Shown here: positions 44,551 to 57,888 of the stretch, piece by piece
Numbering within the stretch: the stretch's first letter is position 1
Layout of the letters: the number at the start of each line of letters is the position of its first letter
From: Eledone cirrhosa
Taxonomy: Eukaryota
Length of the DNA stretch: 64,000 nucleotides
Direction of reading: 5' to 3'
NCBI GenBank assembly: GCA_964016885.1
Contig: OZ024746.1
Coordinates: 33,976,001-34,040,000 of the forward strand
Made by a program: the position numbers and the translations under genes
Notes under the pieces: model-generated
Databases searched by the model: none
What the model saw: the letters and a program-made list of their open reading frames with translations, nothing else
What the model was told of the DNA's origin: nothing

Positions 44551-47236
44551 AACCACACCAAACGAAAGGGATGACTTCATGAGCGTCATCCGACGTGAAA
44601 CGAAATACGCCCGAAACGAATGCAATAGGCATTTCAATAAGAAATTAGAATGGGTGAATAAGAAAAAAATACAAGAAAGGAAAATAGAATATTCTCAAAA
44701 ATACCCAGATATCATCAACAATATCCGTATGACTGATGTAAAACTACCGGAAGAATTTACCAATGACCACACAGTAAATATTTATGGGAACACTTTAATC
44801 AGTGAACAAGAACAACAAATCCTGCAGCTACCACCAAAATTTGCCATCTACAAAAAGATTAACCCTATTGAGTGCAAAATGGAGCTGGAAAAGTGTTTCA
44901 CAAAAATACGTTGGAATGCAAAAGTAAACAACAACAACAACACTAATAACGGTAGTAGTAATATAAACAATAACTCTGAGTATAGAAATAACAGCCATAA
45001 CAATAACAATAGCAGGAGAGTGAGAAATAGTAATAATGGTAATAATATTAACGATAGACAGAACAACAACAACCACAATACTAATAATAATAGAAACATT
45101 AACCACAGACACAGCAGCAGGGACCACAGTAGTAATAACGGTAACAATACAAACAACAACAAAAATAACCACCGTGGTAATAATGTAAATAATACATGTA
45201 GCAACATTAATGATAGACACAACAAAAACAAGAAACATAATAAAAGTAACAACCACAATGGTAGAAATAACAGTAACAATAACAATAACGGTGAAGTAAA
45301 CAACAATACAACTAGCAATCATAACAATAATAATAATGCTAATGATAGGAACAACAACAACCACCATGATAACAATAATAACAACACACACAACTATGAC
45401 GATAGATATAATGACAACCCCTTAGAGAAACTATTTTTCAACCCAGCTGACAAAACATATAAGATGGGTAATATCTATCCTACGAGGTTACCCTTTAACA
45501 AAAGAGTTTGCATACCACAACAAATAGATGACGAGATAGAGGCACAGTTCATCATAGCTATAAATAAGATTAGACAAATAGTAGACCGGTATAATAAGAG
45601 ACAGAGCAGACCCAAGGCCCAACAACTTGGGAGGAAACCTGTAGAAGGCTTGGTTAGCCTCAAGCAGCGCACAAGGGATGGTGAGGTAGTATGTCTACCC
45701 ACGGTTAAGTCTGGTAGGATGTCAATAGATAGCATGCCGAACTACATCAGGGATATGCAACCCCACATCAGCAACACGAGCGAAATTGCACAGCAAACAC
45801 ATGATGGGAGAGAGAAAATCCTCAACGCTCACATGATGATGTGGACTGACATCCTAAAGCCAAGCAGACGCACTGCCAACAACTTCCAGGCGTCTAACAA
45901 TGGCATACCACCCTTGAATGGGCTCCGCAAAGACCACAAGACAGTCGACGACCACCAACAAGACCCGTATGCGGAGCTAATATAGCTAGCAGCTACAGGA
46001 TCTCCTACTTCCTCTCAATGGTTATACGCTCCATAATCAAGATGTCCCCAGATTTTTATGACAGTACAGAGGACCTCCTCAGCAGAATCAGTGAGTGCAA
46101 CAAAAATAGGAACCTATCCAACTGCATAATAGGCAGCATGGATGTGGTATCACTGTACCCATCCATTAACATTGATTTTGCTGTGGAAAAATGTGTGGAG
46201 ATGATCATTGAGAGTGAGGTGGATTTCTGCGACGTCGACACAGACGAACTGGGCCTCCTACTTAGACTTACCTACGACACTGACTATCTAGACAGCCATG
46301 ACCTTAGACGTTTCTGCCCTAGTAGATCCCTAAGAGGTAGACCCCCCACAAAACAATGATCAGGTAAGAAAAATGGTCGCTCATGCAATAGGGGCTAGTA
46401 TCAAAACTACCCTAAAGGGCCACATATTCAAGTTCAACGAGAAGTTCTACACCCAAAATGAGGGAGCAGCCATTGGCGTCAGCATAGCTGGTGATGTTGC
46501 CAAACTGTTCATGGTATGGTGGGAAAGGAGACTTAAAGATCTCCTTAATGAGAGCTCCATAGACCTCATCATGTACTCTTGTTACGTAGACGATATCAAT
46601 ATAGTTATAAGAACATCCCCACTAGAGAGAACTAATAAGTTTGATTTAGAACGTAGCACAATGGAAAGCATCCAGCAGATAGCTAATTCCATACACCAGA
46701 GTATAACTGTAACTATCGACTTCCCTTCCAAACACCCTAACAATAGACTACCTGTATTAGACACGGAACTATGGATTAACACTATAGACGAGAGAGCCCA
46801 AGTTCTCCACTCACACTATGCTAAACCCATGGCCTCCAAATACCTGATACTCAAAAACTCAGCAATGTCCAGTAGTACTAAGTTTAATATTCTGATCGCA
46901 GATTTTGTACGAGTGATGAAGAATGTGTCCCGCATGTGCGACCCAACAGAAATGGAAAGACACATCCAACACTTCATCAACCGCATGCAGTTCTCTGGCT
47001 ACAACCAAAGAGACAGAATCAGAGTATACGAAGGAGCCATGGAGAAGTATAAGACCCTCATAGTACTGGACATGAAAGGAATTTGCCCATTATACAGGAG
47101 CAAATCATGGAATAGCTTAGATAGGGCTAGACATAAGATAGGGAAATCCACCTCATGGTACGACAACCAGAGATACCAGAGTGTCATGTTTGTGGACGCT
47201 ACGCCTGGAGGGAAATTAGCTAAACAGAAAGAATGA
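44551..47236 (+). pseudogene. PLE ORF (N-terminal domain, Asn-rich insert, RT, thumb), frameshifted
   Basis: LQLPPKFA, KSGR, GLRKDHK, GSMDVVSLYPSI, Q.EGAAIG, YVDD, DFPS....LPVLD, YAKPMAS, MQFSGY, VMFVDATPGG.L. Confidence 0.92.
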
Positions 47237-47538
47237 ATGGAATAACAACAACACCCAAACAAACAACACTGACCTAAGAGAAGTATAAATAAATAAATAA
47301 ATAGATAAATAAATAAATAAATACATACACAACCACAATAACAACAAACACATATAAACACACACTAATCACCCAATCACGAACACACATCAAACAAGTA
47401 ACTATACACATACGCAAACGCATGGGCAAAGAAGACAAAATAAAATAAACAAACAAACAAATAAATACATAAATATATAGACAGACTAAATAAAAATGGC
47501 GTAGACATACAATGTAACGGGAGGAAACAATAGCACCA

Positions 47539-47566
47539 CTGACGATGTTGCAGATGTGCAACGAAA
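47539..47566 (+). ncRNA. Hammerhead catalytic-core-like motif in family B pLTR
   Basis: CUGACGA u GUUGCA gaug UGCAAC GAAA, identical at 48889-48916 and 28975-29002 (-); stems I and III unclear. Confidence 0.5.
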
Positions 47567-47779
47567 GAACTTTGATAAACTATATATATGTGTTTGTGTC
47601 TATATTGTATCTGTATTATTTTTGACCGTCGGTCAGTCAATGGCAACATTGAGGAGACCGAATAAATTAAATTACCGATATAAAAGACACAGAAGCGAAA
47701 AGCGAAAACCAACCAAACAGTGAGTGTGTCCTGTTATTAATTCTGGCAATATTACACAAATATGACCCTCCCCAAGTAT

Positions 47780-47816
<37 letters not shown>

Positions 47817-47900
47817 GGTTTGTGTGTATATAGTCTAGATATCGAGGCTATTGCAAATATATGTGAGTCTGTGTTTGTGTATATATATATATATATATAT

Positions 47901-48073
47901 AACGAACGAATTGTGGTAAGGCACCAGGTGGACCATAATCCACCAGAGTACTCTATACTTTGGGTATTAGAGTGGGTAATAGGAAAATAGTCAGGACCCC
48001 GAGGGACTATTGTAGTCCAAAAATAGCCGTCGAAACGGCTTGAGCTCTGCCGTCGGAGTCCTGACTCTTTTCC

Positions 48074-48074
<1 letters not shown>
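47901..48074 (-). mobile_element. Family A tail + asymmetric foldback
   Basis: Tail 47901-47978, 24-bp arm 47979-48002, opposite arm with GAAACGGC..GCCGTC ending at 48074; (TA)n flanks. Confidence 0.8.
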
Positions 48075-48107
<33 letters not shown>

Positions 48108-48153
48108 GTGTATGTGTGTGTGTGTGTGTAAATCATAGCTTTTCTAATATTAA

Positions 48154-48337
48154 TAATTGTTTCTACTTTAGGCACAAGGCCAGCAATTATCCAGTGCATT
48201 ACTGGTACTTTATTTTATCGACCTCGTAAGGATGAAAGGCAAAGTCAACCTCGGCGGGATTTGAACTCAGATCGTAAAGGGACGTAACTATGCTGGAAAG
48301 CATGGCGTCCGACCCTCTACCAATACTGCCAATCCAC
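48154..48337 (-). mobile_element. SINE, short subfamily
   Basis: Full reverse-complement match; TTAATAAT TSD. Confidence 0.92.
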
Positions 48338-48586
48338 TTAATAATGGTATTCGATTCGTCTGAAATTTGAAATTATGCAAACACCAACTTAAGCCATGTA
48401 ATTCGAATGACGCAGTCATTCTTTCTCTTGTGTTGACATATAAACAGAATGACAGAGGCTGTTGTGATTACCCTTCATCAGTACTGTATAATGCTTACAT
48501 GCCAACTGTCAGAGCTAATGAACATATATATTTTCTGGAATATACAGTGACTGACCGGCCTGATTTGCATAGTAGAAGACTAACTG

Positions 48587-48643
<57 letters not shown>

Positions 48644-48679
48644 GATACATAGATAGATAGATATCTACACACATACATA

Positions 48680-48734
<55 letters not shown>

Positions 48735-48766
48735 ATATATAATATATATATATATATATTAGACAC

Positions 48767-48798
<32 letters not shown>

Positions 48799-48807
48799 TA
48801 TATATTA

Positions 48808-48846
<39 letters not shown>

Positions 48847-48850
<4 letters not shown>

Positions 48851-49134
48851 CATACAACACAACAGGAGGAAAAACAAATATAACACCACTGACGATGTTG
48901 CAGATGTGCAACGAAAGATTTATGTAAATTATGTAAACTATATATGTGTTTGTGTCTATATTGTATCTATATTATTTTTGACCGTCGGTCAGTCAATGGC
49001 AACATTGAGGACCGAGTAAGTTAGATCGCAGATATAAAAGACAGCGAGAAGCGAAAACCAACCAAACAGTGAGTGTGTTCTGTTATTAATTCTGGCAATA
49101 TTACGCAAATATGACCCTCCCCAAGTATAACAAT
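48847..49134 (+). mobile_element. Solo pseudo-LTR of PLE family B
   Basis: Matches 47500-47784; same CCCAAGTATAACAATA|(TA)n end. Confidence 0.88.
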
Positions 49135-49174
49135 ATATATATATTTACATATATATATATATACAGAACACACT

Positions 49175-49257
<83 letters not shown>

Positions 49258-49262
49258 GTATG

Positions 49263-49327
<65 letters not shown>

Positions 49328-49469
49328 CTATAACGGCTCTGTAGTATACTAGTTATCCTACATTGAGCTAACACGACACTGTCATACCAAGGGCAATATA
49401 TCTGCCTGTCTGGGCATATTGATATAGTTGTCAACGAAACTATATATATATATATATATATACATATTG

Positions 49470-49895
<426 letters not shown>

Positions 49896-50724
49896 CATGT
49901 TTGTGATCTTATATGAAATCAAATACATTCAGTTTACTTTGAATCTCTCTGATGAATTTGCTAATGTGTCCTTTGCTTCAAAGTTGACTTGAGAAATATT
50001 CCTTGACTTCTTCACACACAAATTGCTTCCCCTTACATGGGTTATGACCTGGCGAAATCAAAGCAAGTCAGAGATGTCAGACGTGACGTCAGAGCACTTA
50101 ATGATAACATCTTAAGACAGAATGTGTTGAGTTGTATCTTAATATATTGTGCTCTGTTTGCTCTGCTGCCTATTCTAATTTGTTCGGTCCTCCGTTTGTT
50201 GAATGTTGAACTTTTCCGCTGTAATACATTTTTTACATTTTATGAATTTTTTTCTGTTCGTGTTCTCGATGTTGTTGCTAAATGACATGATCGGTGTGAT
50301 CTCTTGTATTCTAGTTGCTGTGTTGTGACTTCTCTATCTGTGATCTGTTGTGTTTCTTTTCATTCATATTTCAACCACTTGTCGATAGCAATATGAATAA
50401 ACATGAAACACATACAATTAGTCTCGCAGTGAATATCATAATCTGAGATCGTGTCACTGCATAGGTGTAAATGCAAAGGATGAAACATTTTCATTGTCAT
50501 TACATTTAGTCAGCACTCGCTCTTCTTGCAGCCTGAAAAATAATACCATCTTAAGAATTGTGTTCACGAGCCATTTTTGTAGAATAATATTGATGTAGAA
50601 TAGGAGCGTGTTGGGTTAACGTGAATATGATTAAATCTGAATATACAAAGTTAGGCTGAAACGTACATAAGCTAACTATGAAGAAATGATGCTAGACATG
50701 TGAAATCCTGCATGCATTAATTTA

Positions 50725-50856
50725 ATCGTCCCTTTACAATCTGAGTTCAAATCCCGCCGATGTTGACTTTGCCTTTCATCCTTACGGGGTCGATAAAATA
50801 AAATACCAGTAATACACTGGGTAATTGCTGGCCTTGTGCCTAAAGTAGAAACAATT
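50725..50856 (+). mobile_element. 5'-truncated SINE
   Basis: B-box through tail; ATTAATTTAA TSD. Confidence 0.9.
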
Positions 50857-50869
50857 AATTTAAGAGGTA

Positions 50870-51065
50870 GTGACTTGAAGAGTACCCAATGCATGAACAT
50901 TCTGCAACTGCAACCACAAGTAAAACATCGTCTTCACCCCTTTATAAAGTCTCAATTAAGACGGTCTGGACACATTGTTAGGATTCTTAAAATTCCACCA
51001 AGGCTGAAAGTTCTGGGAGTCGTGAGCAACGAGGGAGATCTCATGCTGAAGACTAAAATGATATG
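50870..51065 (+). pseudogene. RTE-like LINE remnant
   Basis: FIKSQLRRSGHIVRI resembles QLRW.GHV.RM. Confidence 0.4.
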
Positions 51066-51711
51066 ATGGGGAGGGTAGTGAGGCTTCGGATAGACAGCAT
51101 GATTTATTTCTTCAGCAAAGTATGTATTTCTTTATAACTTAAGAATATTTTTACTAAATTCATGCAAATCTCCTCAAATAACTTACCAAACCTGTACTTA
51201 CAAATTACTTATTTTTATGTTCCCGAAATGAAAGTATAGACATCAAGTATAAATATTTCTATCGTGATTGCATGTCGGTAACTTATTTTATGACAAGATA
51301 CTAATGTTTTAGTTTTATTCGTCGCCGTTATTGTTGCTTCACATAGTAATTTCACTAATTCACTCCACAACACTTCAATGAGTATATTGAAATATATACT
51401 TTGCATAAGAAATAAATCAACTCAAATTATATCCGACTAAAATAATAAACGTTACTCAGCTCAGGTTATTGTGTTTTCAGCGACAAACTTTGTTCAATTA
51501 ATATGTTGTTTGCTAATTGGTTTACATTACTTCACACTGATATACTCATGTCGATAACTTCTATGAATAATTTCCCGCAGTGAACTAGTTATACATTATG
51601 CTGTCCTCTTCATCCAGGAGTTTATAGCATTCTGAAATTAATAAACAAAAATCCCCCAAAAGCAAGGCAAAAGAGAGAAACTGCTAAAACTAATAGTACT
51701 TCAATGAAAAA

Positions 51712-52259
51712 TAATTGTTTCTACTTTAGGCACAAGGCCAGCAATTATCCAGTGCATTACTGGTACTTTATTTTATCGACCCCGTAAGGATGAAAGGCAA
51801 AGTCAACCTCGGCGGGATTTGAACTCAGATCGTAAAGGGACGTAACTATGCTGGAAAGCACTTCAATGAAAAATAATTGTTTCTACTTTAGGCACAAGGC
51901 CAGCAATTTCCCAGTGCATTACTGGTACTTTATTTTATCGATCCCGTAAGGATGAAAGGCAAAGTCAACCTCGGCGGGATTTGAACTCAGATCGTAAAGG
52001 GACGTAACTATGCTGGAAAGCATGGCGTCCGACCCTCTACCGATACTGCCAATCCACCACCCTATGAAAAATAATTGTTTCGACTTTTGGCACAAGGCCA
52101 GCAAATACCCAGTACATTACTGGTACTTTATTTTATCGACCTCTTTATGGATGAAAGGCAAAGTTAACCTCGGCGGTATTTGAACTCAGATCGTAAAGGG
52201 ACGTAACTATGTTGGAAAGCATATCCAACCCTCTACCGATACTGCCAATTCACCGCCCT
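51712..52259 (-). mobile_element. Tandem trimer of SINEs
   Basis: Units at 51712-51860 (truncated), 51874-52063 and 52072-52259, separated by ATGAAAAATAAT. Confidence 0.93.
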
Positions 52260-54743
52260 ATGAAAAATAATGATCCTATTGTAGTATAGCAAGACTTCGG
52301 GTGAATCGGCAGAAACTGTACTGCGTTGTGTACGAAGCACTGAGTTCAAATTTCTAAGGGGTCAAATTTTCCCTTCCTCATTCTGGGTCAGAAAACCATT
52401 TTAGAAAACGTGTTTACTCCTGGAAAGGATTGTCCATTCTCGAGCTTTTCCTCTCTCTTTAATCTTTCTCTCGCTCTCTCTGGAAACATATTATGTTGTA
52501 CCTACAAAAAGTACACGGTTGACCGACAGACTGGTAACAAATACAGCAGAAAAAGAAGACAAGAAACGGGAGTCAAAATATATTTGTACCATTCGTATAC
52601 AGATAAATATGTTTAGCGTACATAACAATCTGAACGGCATCTATCTTATGAATCAAAAATAGCAATGACTCTTTACTATATTACCTGTTCCAGCCGACAT
52701 AATATTAATTTAGCAAGCTTTCTAATTCTTGCAGTGATCTTCTTATGCTACGATTTTGGGTACTTAGACAATAAATAAAGCAACATCATGCACATTCTTT
52801 CAGCATCTCTGTCCACATGTATCATATTACATTTGAACATATGAATTCATCCATATAGTCATGCAAGTCCGCACACAGACGCATACACACGTTCATACAA
52901 GCAGACATACACGCAACTCACGCACATACACTCCCATCCCACTAACCCACTATATATATATATATGTGTGTGTGTTTCCGTGCGCGCGTGTTTGTGTGTG
53001 AGTGTGTGAGTGTGTGCGTGTATGTGTATGTTGTTGGTGAATGAATATATCAGCTTGGCTGGTAATTGATATTTTCACTACTCGCTATAATTTGTATACT
53101 CTTACTTAAATGTGAAATGTCGACACTCTTCAGAATTGCCTATCTTTCAAGCACAAAACACCACTTCTGTTTCCCAAACTGTGGGTTAATGTGCAATAGC
53201 TAATAGCAAGGCCTACTTATTTCGTTGGTCTCTCAAAGAACGTGGTAAAGAAAGAAATCAGAAAGATACGCCATATGTCAGTGATGTTTGATAAAAATTA
53301 TCATATCATGAAAACTGTAGATTATGTGAAGGGAGTCTGTGATAAAGCCCTCAACTTCTACACAAGAATAGTCTGAAAAAAGAAAAGCAATGTTTACAAG
53401 TTTGTATGAGTTCTTAGAATTTAACAAACAGCATTGCTAAGCTTTCCGATGAACCGATAATATGACACACCTATCAGATTTGTCTTATGAACTTTCAATA
53501 ATTAATGACTAGTCTATTTTGGTAAATATATAATCACAAATATGAATGCTAATAATATAGTACAGTACACGCTGTTAAAGGAACCACGTATTAATAAATC
53601 TCTTGAATTTAGCCTAAGAGATAGGAAAGCAATGAATCAGAATCTATAGTAATTGTAATTCCAATATAAACACAAAATGAGCAAATATTCCACACAAAAG
53701 ACGCTTAATCTTTCTGATTGTCCAGTATGTGTGGTTTACTAACATTTGCTCATAAAAAAATTATGTAGAACCTTTTCCCTACTTTTCTGTAATTCAGTAT
53801 GTTTTTTTTTCTAAAGAATCTAAATTGAATGGTCTAGCATACATAGAGCAGCACAATTATTTCTGTGCCATCTCTCAGTATAAATATTACTATTATTATG
53901 TACTTATTTTACAGGGATTGGGGAAGGACAAAGAAATAGATGTGGTTTTGAAGGAGAGAAATTGAGATATTTTGATGGGTGGGTGGGGGGTAATTCAAAG
54001 AAAACTGTCGATCAGAGGGGAAAGTAATAATGTAGTGAGGCGTAAGCAACTAAAAAACAAGCAACAACAAAACAAAATAAAAACAGAATCAGAGGGAATG
54101 CCACTTAAAGGCAAATACAGCCAGGTGCGCCGATATAGGCACATTTATGAGATCTACAGAAAACTGCAGCTTGTGGTATGGATGTTGCTTAACAAAGTTC
54201 TTAGTTGTATTAGTACTAGTAATAATAAGGAGGTGAGGATAACATTAGTAATCATTTTAATGATATTTCTTCTTGCTCGTTTATTTAACATATGCCTTAT
54301 ACTGACAATTTAATAAGATACGAATTTACAGGCAACAAACAATATTTAGCAATGACTAGTTACGTTATCTTGTCTAGGACTAGGAAATTATCTGTTGTTC
54401 GTGTTAATCTAGTTAAAGCCAGAGAACAACAACAAACATCTATAACTAAAATAATTATATTCAACAACTTGTTAAATAAATGGTATAAATTATCATATTT
54501 AATCAAATAGTACAATGATGTCATAACAAATAAATGTCAGAGTAATTATTATAACTGAGCTTTCAATACGTGCAAATGTTCACGGTGGCAGATAATTATT
54601 ATGTTTTTAATAATTATTACGTTGAAATTGCGAAAAAGTATTTCCATGATAATTGAATTTTCCGTAAATTTGCAGTCGTAGAAATTATTGCATTCATTTT
54701 GTATCATTGTCAGAATTTTTTATTCATTAATGCATAGTAATTA

Positions 54744-54960
54744 TTGGATTTTCAGTATCAGTAGAGCGTCAGGCACCATGTTTTGCAGCATAGAGTTTTG
54801 TCCCTTTGCATGCTGAGTTCAAATACAGCCGAGATTAGGTTTGCTTTCATCATTACGGGTTCGATAAAATAAAGCACCAATAATGCACTGGGGTTGATTT
54901 AATCGACTTTCCCCTAATCTGCAAATTCCTGGCCTTGTCCCTAAATTAGAAACAATTATT
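54744..54960 (+). mobile_element. SINE, long subfamily
   Basis: Head, B-box, core, GGGGTTGATTTAATCGACTTTCCCC segment and (ATT)n tail. Confidence 0.88.
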
Positions 54961-55337
54961 ATTATTATTGCTCTTCTGTTTGATGAAAAAGAAAGCGAGA
55001 CAAGCGAAAATGTTCACGCTGACAGCTTGCTGAAGAACAAAGCTTTGAGGGAAGATAAGGTAGAGAAACAGTTTTCTTTACTGATGCCATTTTTCTTTTT
55101 TTTTGTGAGTGTGTTTACCAAATGTAAAGTTAAAATTCGAATTTAGCCCGGAATGGCCAAATAACGATTAATTTCGACCACATCAAGAGAAGCAGGGTGT
55201 GTTTAAACACACAACAATATAATATTTACAATAAGGTAGCAATAAAATTGTTCAAAATTCACAAACTTACAGGTTTAAACATTTCTGAGACATGTATACT
55301 TCCGCAATAATAATAATAAGAAGTAGAATAATGATAA

Positions 55338-55516
55338 TAATTGTTTCTACATTGGCACCAGGCCAGCAATTACCCAGTACATTACTGGTACTTTATTTTG
55401 TCGAACCCGGAAGGATGAAAGGCAAAGTTAACCTCCCCAGGATTTGAACTTAGACCGTAAAGGGACGTCACTATGCCAGAAAACATGGCGTTCAACACTC
55501 TAACGATATTGCCAAT
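55338..55516 (-). mobile_element. SINE, short subfamily, in (TAA)n
   Basis: Reverse-complement match, flanked by TAA repeats. Confidence 0.9.
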
Positions 55517-55533
55517 AATAATAATAATAATAA

Positions 55534-56260
55534 CTGGTTGAAAAGAGGAGACCTTAAAAAGGCTACAGAAGGAATGTTAATGGCTGCGCAGGAGCAGGCC
55601 CTCAAAACGAAGTGGTTGAAACACCATATTTACAAGGAGGAGGCTAGCCCACTGTGCAGGATCTGGGGAGAGAGAGAGAGGAGACTGTGGCTCACATTGT
55701 ATCCGAGTGTAAACACCTAGCCCAGACTCACTATAAGGGCTGGAGACATGATGTGATGGGCAGGGTGATCCACTGGCACCTATGCAAAGTAAACAATTTA
55801 CCACATTATGAGAAGTAGTATGAGCATAAGCCAGAGTCGGTGATAGAAAACGATCAAGTGAAGGTGCTGTGGAATTTTAGGATACAGACGGACAAGAAAC
55901 TGGAACACAATAGACCTGACCTGGTGGTTGTGGACAAAGAAAAAAGATCGTGCCTGATTGTGGATGTGGCCTGCCCATTCGACACGAGAGTGCAAGAGAA
56001 GGAGAGGGAGAAAATTATCCGATACCAGGACTTAAAGTGGGAGTTAAAATGGATTTGGAACAGCCATGAAGTCAAAGTAGTCCCGATTGTCATAGGCGCA
56101 CTAGGTACTATCTCAAAAAGTTTCCAGGGATGGTTAAAGAAAATTGGCCCCTTCACGCTTTTTGGAACGCTTCAAAAGGCATGCTTGCTGGGAACAGCAA
56201 GAACCCTCCGATACGTCCTGAATATCTGAGGCTGCAGGTAGTGACTGAGACTCAAAGAAC
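55534..56260 (+). mobile_element. R4/Dong-clade non-LTR retrotransposon 3' end (zinc finger + restriction-like endonuclease)
   Basis: AAQEQAL.T, CR..GE.EETVAHIVSEC, RHD, RPDLVV.DK...IVDVACP, EK..RYQDL, PIVIGALG, LQKACLLGTAR; flanked by (TAA)n, the known Dong target. Confidence 0.93.
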
Positions 56261-56289
56261 AACAACAATAATAATAATAATGATGATGA

Positions 56290-57888
56290 TTTTTTATCGG
56301 CCACAAGGGCCGACATCATGAAAAACATTACAGACGGCACAGGACGGTACATGACGATTCGATGTGGGTTTTGTGCGTGTAAATATTTTTATTATTTATA
56401 TAAGAAAAGAAAAAAAGACATAGAATCATATATATATAAACAATAAAAATTAAAATTGAAACAATGAAAAATTCCCCAATATGGGGGAAACCTCCGAGTG
56501 TTACTCGTGGCGAAAACCACACAAAAGACCACGGCCACCCTGACCACCAGGGCAAGCGCCCTCTCTCAATTTTTCCATTCCTCAAACTATAAACTTATAT
56601 TTAGAGCGGTGCCGTTTACTCGGACCATTCTCGCTACATTCACCCACTTTTCAACAAACTTGCTAGAAGACAGCACTTGCCTCTCTACCCTGATTTTCCT
56701 CTTCAAGTGAAACTTGGAAAACTTAATCAGGGATTCGCCGAAGAGGAAAGTGTCTGTCTTTAACCCTTTCAACCTAGTCCACCACACAAACTCTTTCGCC
56801 ATGACCACCAGGCAGATGAAAACTGCCTGCCGTTCCTCCTCGAAGGAAGACGGCGAGACCATCTGCACAATGGACTCAGTCGATAACCGGATCGGTCCTA
56901 CACGCGACAGCAACTATTCGACATAACTCCACAAGTCAGCAATGCTCGCGCACTGAATGAGTGTGTGCACGACGGTTTAGTCGTTCTGCGCGCATTTCGG
57001 ACAGGCTCGGCTGACGGCACTTCCGTGCCTGTAGAGCTTATCTCCGACCGGCAACGCTCCCCGGTAGCACTGCCAGGCCAGGGATTTCTGGAAGTCATCC
57101 ATAGGCCCCGGGCTGAAAGTTCTCCAGAAGAGAGCAAACAGCTTATCTTCTTCGACGCCCAGGATCTCTCAGAGAACATCGTCACGCTTCCCCTCCAATA
57201 GTCCTCTATAGAACGCCGAGGTGGATGTTCCACCGATACAGGTGCCCAGCTGGCAGACGGCGGTGAGCGCATGGAGACATTCCAGTTTCCAAGCGTTATC
57301 TCTCGGTCTTTTACTGACCCAGGACTGCAGCTCCGTCAAGGAGACGAGCTGTGGGAAAACGTGCCTGGCGACGGCGACCACACCTGTTCACTGTCAAGGA
57401 AGCACCAGATATGTCGCAGCCTCAGCGCATGTTTGCCCATCATTAGCCATGGCACGCCCATACCTCCTCGCAACGGGTGTTGACAGCAGATGGATTGTCT
57501 GACCATGGGAGCGCGTCCCTTCCACAGAAAGTGGAAGAGGAGGCGCTCCATTTTGGTGAGAGTTGAGCTGGGGCAAGGGACGACAGTGAGGCGGTAGCAT
57601 ATGACGGATGCGATGTATGCATTCGCCACCTCCACCTGGCCTTTCAGGGACAGCTTCCTCTCGGTCCATTTCTGGCTAACGGAGGCCACCCTGCTCGTCA
57701 CATTGCTCCAGTTTTTCTCCATCTGGAGGTCCTGTCCGAATGAGACCCCGAGCAATTTAACCGGTCCGTCCGGCCAACGCCCCACAACGCTGTCGGACGG
57801 CATGGACTTGCCTCTCCAAGTACCGAGCTGTAAGCCCACCGACTTTTCCTGGTTTATCTTTGCTCCTGTTACAGCTTCGTATTCCGTA
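56290..57888 (-). mobile_element. Tx1/L1-clade LINE 3' part
   Basis: PVKLLGV.FG, W..RKLSLKG..EVAN, FHFLWKG, P.RGG.G.P, C-terminal zinc-finger region, T-rich 3' UTR; flanked by TGA/TAA repeats. Confidence 0.88.

Larger units (their letters stand above)
44453..47784 (+). mobile_element. PLE family B: RT-bearing, endonuclease-deleted copy with inverted 5' arm + tail
   Basis: 44494-44550 is the reverse complement of the 3' end, plus a ~40-nt tail 44453-44493; ORF pieces 44551-47236; pLTR ~47490-47784; (TA)n flanks. Confidence 0.92.

Noticed and set aside
44828-45391. Hydrophobic minus-strand ORFs (V/I/L-rich, membrane-protein-like)
   Set aside because: They are antisense translations of the AAC/AAT-rich tract in the PLE ORF.
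46340-46380. TGA inside the PLE RT as possible selenocysteine recoding (as in Naiad PLEs)
   Set aside because: The downstream RT continues in a different frame, so this is a deletion or frameshift. No SECIS was identified.
51698-52271. CRISPR-like regularly spaced direct repeats
   Set aside because: The spacers are near-identical SINE copies, the context is eukaryotic, and there are no cas genes.
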